64,000 nucleotides of DNA from Alphaproteobacteria bacterium (GTDB taxonomy: Bacteria; Pseudomonadota; Alphaproteobacteria; SP197), in contig OZ219747.1 in NCBI GenBank assembly GCA_964291265.2, positions 1,408,001-1,472,000 of the forward strand, given 5' to 3'. The translations under genes and the position numbers were made by a program. Shown in pieces: positions 58,037-64,000 of the stretch (positions within the stretch are counted from its first letter, which is position 1; every line of letters begins with the position of its first letter). The notes beneath the pieces were generated by a model. That model did no database searches, was not told where the DNA came from, and saw nothing but the letters and a program-made list of their open reading frames with translations.

Positions 58037-59770
58037 TCAGTTCTTGTGGGCGCCGAAGGCGCCGTCCATATGGCCCTCAGCTCCGTAGTGCGCGGAGAAC
58101 CTGCCGTGGATGCTGGTCGGTTGGCTGTTGGCGCCACCCGGCGTCCCCTTGTTGTTGTTGAAGAAGTGGAGCCAGGTGCGGTTCGCCGTGTCGGGAGCCG
58201 CGCCCTTCACCCCGTCGATGGTCCATGCCGTTCTGCCCCAATTGCTGCTCGTGCTCCCGGAGATGTCGGCCTGCTCCAGATCGACCTTCCAGTTGCGGCT
58301 CTGCCCGCCCACCATGAACTCGGTGATCGTGCCCGTGACCGTCCCGAGCGCGGTGCCATCGCCGAAGGCGGCGGTCACCGTGGCCTTGGCCGTCCACTCG
58401 CCGGCCTCGTCGGTCTGACCCTCCCGTTTCAGGGCATACATGCCGGACGCCGCCCCCGCGTAGGTCGCCGTGCCTGTCACCCCGGCCTGGACGGCTACCC
58501 GGTCATCGTTATACCACTCTTCATCTTCGGTATCCCAATAAGAGCCATGGGCGAGCTCCTGGAAGGCCAGCGCGCCGTCCTGCTTGTCCTTCTGCAGCCA
58601 CCAGCCGAAATACGTGTGCTTGTAGTCAGCCGTGCCGTCCGAGGTCGGCGCCTCGAGGTCCGTGTAAAGGACAAAGGTGTGTTCGTATCTGTCGTTACTG
58701 CCGGTCGCGCGGGTTCCGGCCCATCCGTGGAGGGCAGGGAGCTCCACCGACGTCAGGGAGAGCTCCCCTTGGTACACAGTCTCGTCGACCTCGTCGTCGT
58801 AGGCCTCGCTGTCGTAGATCCTGAGGCCCAGCGCCTCGCCGTGCGTCGCCGAGGTGATGTCCCAGAACCGTTCGATGAGGAGTTGTCTGTCAGACCCGCC
58901 CGCGCCCACAATCCTGTCTTTGAGCGCGGCGAACAGCTTGGTGACGTCCCAGGAAGGCATTGCCGGCGGAGGGGTTCCGCCAGACGAAGGCGTGCCGCCA
59001 GACGAGGGCGTGCCGCCAGTCTGGGGTGCGCCGCCAGCCGAAGGCGTTCCATCATCCGGAGGCGTCAGCATCACCGTCGGCGTACCGCCAGTATAGGTGG
59101 CCGTCCTGTCGTCGCCGACGGTGACCATGCAGTCCTCGCCGCCAGCCGGGCAGGTGTAGGTGACATCGCCGAGCGTCCCGCTTTCGCCGGGGGCAATGGT
59201 CAAGGTGCCGGCCATGATCGCGGCATCATCATCAATGCCGGACAGGTCCAGGGACTTCGGCGTCAGCGTCACCGTCGGCATACCGCCGGTATAGGTGGCC
59301 GTCTTGTTGGCATCCACGGTGACCATGCAGGCCTCACCGCCAGCCGGGCAGGTGTAGGTGACACCGCCGAGCGTCCTGCTTTCGCCGGGGGCAATGGTCA
59401 AGGCGCCGGCCATGATCGCGGCATCATCATCAATGCCGGACAGGTCCAGGGACTTCGGCGTCAGCGTCACCGTCGGCATACCGCCGGTATAGGTGGCCGT
59501 CTTGTTGGCATCCACGGTGACCATGCAGGCCTCACCGCCAGCCGGGCAGGTGTAGGTGACACCGCCGAGCGTCCTGCTTTCGCCGGGGGCAATGGTCAAG
59601 GCGCCGGCCATGATCGCGGCATCATCATCAATGCCGGACAGGTCCAGGGACTTCGGCGCCGGCGTCATCGTCACGTCTGCCTTCTTGGACGACCCGCCGC
59701 CACCGCAGCCTGCGAGTGCCAGGCAGGCAACGGTCATCGCCGCCAGAACCACATGTTGCGTCGTTCTCAT
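58037..59770 (-). CDS. Surface lipoprotein with three tandem repeats and a TbpB-like C-terminal barrel
   Basis: Lipobox LAGC then GGGGSS; TYFGWW, GTATYAGAASG-Y, V-GTITEF, ends GAFGAHKN. Confidence 0.8.
   Translation of the reverse strand: MRTTQHVVLAAMTVACLALAGCGGGGSSKKADVTMTPAPKSLDLSGIDDDAAIMAGALTIAPGESRTLGGVTYTCPAGGEACMVTVDANKTATYTGGMPTVTLTPKSLDLSGIDDDAAIMAGALTIAPGESRTLGGVTYTCPAGGEACMVTVDANKTATYTGGMPTVTLTPKSLDLSGIDDDAAIMAGTLTIAPGESGTLGDVTYTCPAGGEDCMVTVGDDRTATYTGGTPTVMLTPPDDGTPSAGGAPQTGGTPSSGGTPSSGGTPPPAMPSWDVTKLFAALKDRIVGAGGSDRQLLIERFWDITSATHGEALGLRIYDSEAYDDEVDETVYQGELSLTSVELPALHGWAGTRATGSNDRYEHTFVLYTDLEAPTSDGTADYKHTYFGWWLQKDKQDGALAFQELAHGSYWDTEDEEWYNDDRVAVQAGVTGTATYAGAASGMYALKREGQTDEAGEWTAKATVTAAFGDGTALGTVTGTITEFMVGGQSRNWKVDLEQADISGSTSSNWGRTAWTIDGVKGAAPDTANRTWLHFFNNNKGTPGGANSQPTSIHGRFSAHYGAEGHMDGAFGAHKN
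59064..59657 (-). repeat. 198-bp tandem repeat x3 (66-aa Cys-pair module)
   Basis: GGGACTTCGG anchor recurs at 59251, 59449 and 59647; two copies are identical. Confidence 0.95.
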
Positions 59771-60370
59771 CGAACTCTTCTCCTCTCTCCAAGCCCGGAC
59801 CGACCGGGCCAATCGTTTGAACCGTTCCTGCGTTCCCCGAACCACCCTCGGAAAGTCTTGAGCGTGATGCCGGTCACGAAGCCCGCGCCCTCAGTCTTCG
59901 GCGAACTTGCCGCGGTCCCCCTCGGCCATGATCAGCAAGTTCACCAGTCGATGCCCGCGTCGCCCTCGTGCGCGAAGCGCCATCCATGATCATCGCGACC
60001 GCCCGCGCCCGCGAGGCATGCTTCGCTTCCCAGCAACGCTCGGCGGAACAGTGGATCACTGTGGATGAGGGGTGGAGCCACAGCCTCGGGGGCCGCGGCA
60101 GGTGCCGGGGGGTAAAACCGGCCCCGTCGGGAGGATCTTGCCACCGACGCGGCGTGCGCACTCCCGCATGCTCCCGGCAACGCGTTCATCCGCCTGCGCC
60201 CGGCGCTCTTCCAGTGGAGGAAGCGTGGGCGGGAAAGGCGGTATTCAGACGGGAGTGATGTCCCCGATGGCGAGCGGGTGGGCGCCGAAATCCGGCAACT
60301 CGGGAACATGCACCGTCGAACAGGCGCACGGCCGGGCCGTATGCCCCGGTGCATATCGCGGAATCTCATG

Positions 60371-60530
60371 CAGAGGCGCAGAGGCGCAGAGGCGCAGAGG
60401 CGCAGAGGCGCAGAGGCGCAGAGGCGCAGAGGCGCAGAGGCGCAGAGGCGCAGAGGCGCAGAGGCGCAGAGGCGCAGAGGCGCAGAGGCGCAGAGGCGCA
60501 GAGGCGCAGAGGCGCAGAGGCGCAGAGGCG
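60371..60530. repeat. Perfect octamer tandem repeat (CAGAGGCG)x20
   Basis: Read directly, 160 bp. Confidence 0.97.
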
Positions 60531-60899
60531 CAATTTTACACCGAGATCAAGGCGGGAAGTCAAGTCCGAAATACACCCGTCGCAACGATTGTGCCAGACC
60601 ATAAACTGGCGCACGGCCGTCATGCAACAGGAGTTTCCGGCCCGGACCACTGCTGTGGCTGGCGGAGACGCAGTGCCTTACCGCGCCTTCCATGCGCTGG
60701 ATACTCCGGCGGCCTTGCGGAAGAGCCGCAGACATGACTGCGGCAGAGTTGGACGTCACTCGCCGGCAGCCCGACCCGCCGCCTTTCAAACTCTCGGGCC
60801 TGATACAGGTGATTCGTTTCGTGCATGCTACGGACATGCAGGTTGGTCTCCGCCATGTCAATTCGCTTGACGCTTGCCTGGCTTGCCGGCGCGCTGCGC

Positions 60900-61265
60900 T
60901 CCGCCAACGCCACTCGTCGCGGTCTGGCACGCGAGCCTTGCGAGTGCACCGGTTGGCGCAACGCTCGCCGAGCGTGTGAGGCTCGCGCATCCGCCGCGAG
61001 GCGTCCCCGATCCGGCCGCCGCGCCCGCCGTCCAATGCCGGGAACATGCCGACACCAGGCTCGCCCGCCTGCTGGAGGATCCCGGCCCGGTTTCGAACCG
61101 GTGGACGACGCCGACGACCGCCGGCTCCCGGAAGCGATGATGGCGGCGCACCACCCGCCGGGATGAGCCCGTCCGTCCGGCGGCCGGATGCGTTCCTGGA
61201 TCCGCTCGCAGCGCCACGGCATCCTCGGCGGGATCAGCTTCGGGTCCGCGACCCGGTAGCTTAGG
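60900..61265 (+). pseudogene. DUF4338-type transposase N-terminal remnant
   Basis: TRRGLARE-CE-TGWRNAR; EAMMAAHHP-G; RMRSWIRSQRHGILGGISF, broken by stops and frameshifts; bounds approximate. Confidence 0.5.
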
Positions 61266-61469
61266 GTGTTGATGTATGGATCTGATGGTCCGCCGACGCC
61301 CACGCCGCCAACATCGGGCGCGTGAACTGCCACCACCGGTTCCCCTGATTCCCGGCGTCCGGGTCCACGGGCTGACGTCTGAGGGTCCTGCGCTCAGGCA
61401 GCGGAGAGCGTCGCCGACGACCGGGAGGCTGGCTACGCCGTGCGCCAAGGTGACGCCCCACACCAAGAC

Positions 61470-61680
61470 TGCCCCACTCTGGTTCAACCTCCGCAAACGG
61501 GCTGGTATCGCGGGTGTGCGTTTTCATGATCTGCGTCACAACTTCGCCAGCCAGGCTGTCCTGGACGGTGTGCCGCTTCCGACCGTGGCGAGGATCCTTG
61601 GTCAGCGGCAGGTTGCCATGACCCTGCCCTATGCCCACGTTGCGGACAGCGATGTCGAAGCGGCGGCGGGTCAGGAACAC
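61470..61680 (+). pseudogene. Tyrosine recombinase/integrase C-terminal fragment
   Basis: RFHDLRHNFASQA...ARILGQ...MTLPYAH; N-terminal domains absent; bounds approximate. Confidence 0.8.
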
Positions 61681-61805
61681 GATGACACAGATCATGACAT
61701 CGGGCGCGGCATCTTGAGGCCTTACTCGGGGTCGGTCCAATCCGGTTTCGTTCGACCACGATGCGCTGAACACCGTGCGCGGGCCGGCCCTCGGGAAAGG
61801 GTGCG

Positions 61806-63724
61806 GTGTGCCAGGCGAACTGGCGGAAGGTAGGGGGTGAAAGTCCCCTGAAACGAAGGAGTAACCAAACCACGTTTCTCCGCGAGCCGTGCGTCGGTTC
61901 CCGCGAGGGGGCAGGCGAAGCGTCGGTAGCGGTACGGATGGGCAGGGCTAATGAGCACCGAAAAGTCCGTTGTTCGGGGTGCCGAGGCTTTCGCATCGGT
62001 CGAAGGCAACATCGCAGGCATCGATTTGGTGAGATGTCGGCGAGCCCCGCGGTGTCGGAGAACCCATGCACGTCCGCACGCCTTCTGTTGGGACCCTGGG
62101 AGGTCTTCGAACTATCCCGCCTGTCGTGGCGGGACCGTGTAGGGAAAGGAGAAAGCCGAAGCCTATGAGGAACGGTTTGAAGAAGTCGGATGGGGCCGTA
62201 AGACCGGTGAAGGCGGCGAACAAGGGAGCGTCAGCTTCTGCGGAGTCGCTGGAGGAAAGGGCCTCAACCAAGGGGAATCCGGGACGCCAAAGCACGCACC
62301 GAACGCAGTGTCGGGCAAGTGTGCCACAGGCGGCGGACCGGATACGGGAAGCTGCAGAGAGGAACCCGAAGGAGCGTCTCACTGCACTCTTCCATCACAT
62401 TACGCCGGACGCGCTCCGGGCGGCCTACTTCGGTTTGAAGAAGGAAGCCTCGGCAGGTGTCGACGGCGTGACGTGGGCGGCGTATGGCGAGGGTCTGGAC
62501 GAGCGCTTGCTTGATCTGCACTCGCGCCTGCATCGTGGGGGAGCGTACCGGGCGCCGCCGGTTCGGCGGGTTGAGATACCCAAGCCGGACGGCGGGACAC
62601 GACCGCTCGGGATTGCCGCACTGGAGGACAAGATCGTCCAGAAGGCGGTTGTGGATGTGATCCTGACACCGATTTATGAGGTGGAGTTCCTTGGCTTCAG
62701 CTACGGGTTCCGACCGGGCCGAGGGGCGCATGACGCTCTCGACGCCCTGGCGTTCGGGATCGAGCGGCGCAAGGTCAACTGGATAGTCGACGCGGACATT
62801 CAGGGGTACTTCGACACAATCCCGAGGGATTGGTTGATCAAGTTCCTGGAGCATCGCATTGGCGACAGGCGGGTGATCCGTCTGATCCGCAAGTGGCTGA
62901 ACGCTGGCGTCATGACCGACGGATCATGGAGCGACACCGGTGCGGGCACGCCTCAGGGCGCCATTGTCAGCCCCTGCCTGGCGAACGTGTTTCTGCACTA
63001 CGTGCTCGATCTGTGGTTTCACAAGGCATGGCGTCCGAAGGTTCCGAACGGTAAAGCGATCATTGTCCGCTACGCGGACGATATTGTGGTCGGGTTCCAG
63101 CATAAGCGGGATGCGGAGACATACCTTCGCGACGTTCGGGAGAGGCTGGACCGCTTTGGTCTCACCCTTCACCCGGACAAGACCCGTCTCGTTGAGTTTG
63201 GACGGTTTGCCAAGGCGAACCGGCGATCTCGCGGGGCGGGCAGGCCGGAGACGTTCGACTTCCTGGGCTTCACGCACTTCTGCACGGAGACCCGGAGAGG
63301 ACGCTTCAGGCTTGGTCGCAAGCCGGTCGCAAAACGGGTCGCAAGGACCCTGGCGCGCATCGAGGAGGTGCTTCGCAATCGACGGCATCACGACATATGG
63401 GAGGTCGGCATGTGGCTTGGGCGAGTTGTCAATGGCTGGTCCAACTACTTCGCCGTTCCGGGGTCGACCCGATGGCTGCGCACGTTCCGCCAAAGGCTGC
63501 AACGCCTATGGCTGCGAGCGATCCGCCGCCGCTCCCAGCGCCACTGCTTTGACTGGAAGCGATTGGAGCGCATGACCGAGCTTCTTTGGCCGCGCGTCTC
63601 CATCCGCCACCCATGGCCGGACCAGCGGTTTACCGTCAAGCACCCGAGGTAGGAGCCGGATGGATTAACGTCCATGTCCGGATCTGTGCGGGGGGTGCGC
63701 AGCAATGCGCATCCCTACCGCGAC
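61806..63724 (+). mobile_element. Full-length group II intron (bacterial class E-like, tentative)
   Basis: 5' GTGTG; domain V GAGCCGGATGGATTAACGTCCATGTCCGGATC at 63653-63684; domain VI ends CCCTACCGCGAC; intact RT ORF. Confidence 0.93.
62321..63652 (+). CDS. ltrA: Group II intron reverse transcriptase/maturase (no endonuclease domain)
   Basis: IPKPDGGTRPLGI, SYGFRPGR, DADIQGYFD, GTPQG, RYADD, FDFLGF; GTG start inferred. Confidence 0.95.
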   Translation: MPQAADRIREAAERNPKERLTALFHHITPDALRAAYFGLKKEASAGVDGVTWAAYGEGLDERLLDLHSRLHRGGAYRAPPVRRVEIPKPDGGTRPLGIAALEDKIVQKAVVDVILTPIYEVEFLGFSYGFRPGRGAHDALDALAFGIERRKVNWIVDADIQGYFDTIPRDWLIKFLEHRIGDRRVIRLIRKWLNAGVMTDGSWSDTGAGTPQGAIVSPCLANVFLHYVLDLWFHKAWRPKVPNGKAIIVRYADDIVVGFQHKRDAETYLRDVRERLDRFGLTLHPDKTRLVEFGRFAKANRRSRGAGRPETFDFLGFTHFCTETRRGRFRLGRKPVAKRVARTLARIEEVLRNRRHHDIWEVGMWLGRVVNGWSNYFAVPGSTRWLRTFRQRLQRLWLRAIRRRSQRHCFDWKRLERMTELLWPRVSIRHPWPDQRFTVKHPR

Positions 63725-63921
63725 CCAAAGATGACAACACCTCGGATCGAAGCCGTCGTCGAGGTTGCTGAGCGGCGCAAGCGAAGAGCGGCTCCTGTGA
63801 TGGCTTGTACGGATACCGGCTGGCACGGCGCGACCTCTCCAGTCGGGGCGTCGTGTCGCTGTCTTGATTGCATCGCAGTCGCCGATAGGGTGCATTTGGC
63901 TGGCAGGCGGAGGACAGGAGC

Positions 63922-64000
63922 ATGGTGAGCATCACGGTCCGCAATCTCGACGACGAGGTGAAGACGCGGTTGCGCGTGCGGGCCGCGAAACACCATCGCT
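63922..64000 (+). CDS. FitA-like ribbon-helix-helix antitoxin (partial, runs off the window)
   Basis: MVSITVRNLDDEVKTRLRVRAAKHHR; AGGAG RBS-like sequence upstream. Confidence 0.75.
   Translation, partial: MVSITVRNLDDEVKTRLRVRAAKHHR

Noticed and set aside
57464-59989. 841-aa plus-strand ORF
   Set aside because: Antisense shadow of the lipoprotein gene in GC-rich DNA, with no recognisable motifs.
59890-60060. IS630 HTH remnant on the minus strand (AVAMIMDGASRT...)
   Set aside because: Suggestive but too short and decayed to support without an alignment.
60371-60530. CRISPR array or repeat-protein gene (ORFs 60072, 60278, 60349, 60366)
   Set aside because: There are no spacers. The ORFs stay open only because the octamer has no stop codon in any frame.
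61276-61833. Functional integrase or prophage
   Set aside because: Only the C-terminal fragment remains, LGH is changed to LGQ, and no phage genes are present.
62066-63652. RT as a retron, DGR or defence RT
   Set aside because: It is flanked by canonical group II intron 5' end and domains V/VI. The second RT copy (22801-23196) is a deleted intron, not a TR/VR pair with adenine-specific changes.

Overview
GC-rich alphaproteobacterial chromosome segment (Rhodospirillales-like gene order, inferred from synteny). Housekeeping blocks: queG, gltDB, uppP, tRNA-Leu, rnd-lptCAB, hpf-ptsN-hprK-EIIA-HPr-EI-ahcY, amgK-murU, trxA, ihfB-lapA-ocd-pyrF-trpFBA-accD-folC, tRNA-Ala, aroA-cmk-rpsA, tRNA-Phe, yacG-maf. 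Four accessory patches (about 17-24 kb, 32.9-35.1 kb, 46-48.5 kb, 57.4-64 kb) are full of nested mobile DNA. Main findings: (1) an intact single-transposase IS66 (19244-21699, 15-bp TIRs, 8-bp TSD) carries a DNA adenine methyltransferase passenger and splits a Fic gene; (2) one group II intron family occurs four times (one full length, 61806-63724), and the three partial copies sit about 100-115 nt inside IS66-type ends, while the empty target site survives in the intact IS66; (3) the intron copies differ in their predicted EBS1 loop and are mosaic, and one holds a nested second intron 5' end; (4) an ISAs1-type composite element with a 10-bp TSD carries an AbrB/PIN toxin-antitoxin pair; (5) there are IS66- and ISAs1-derived MITEs and a four-layer IS630/IS66/intron/MITE nest. 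rpoN, addAB, infA, rapZ and tsaE are absent from their usual positions. All calls come from reading the sequence and the ORF track; no database searches were run.
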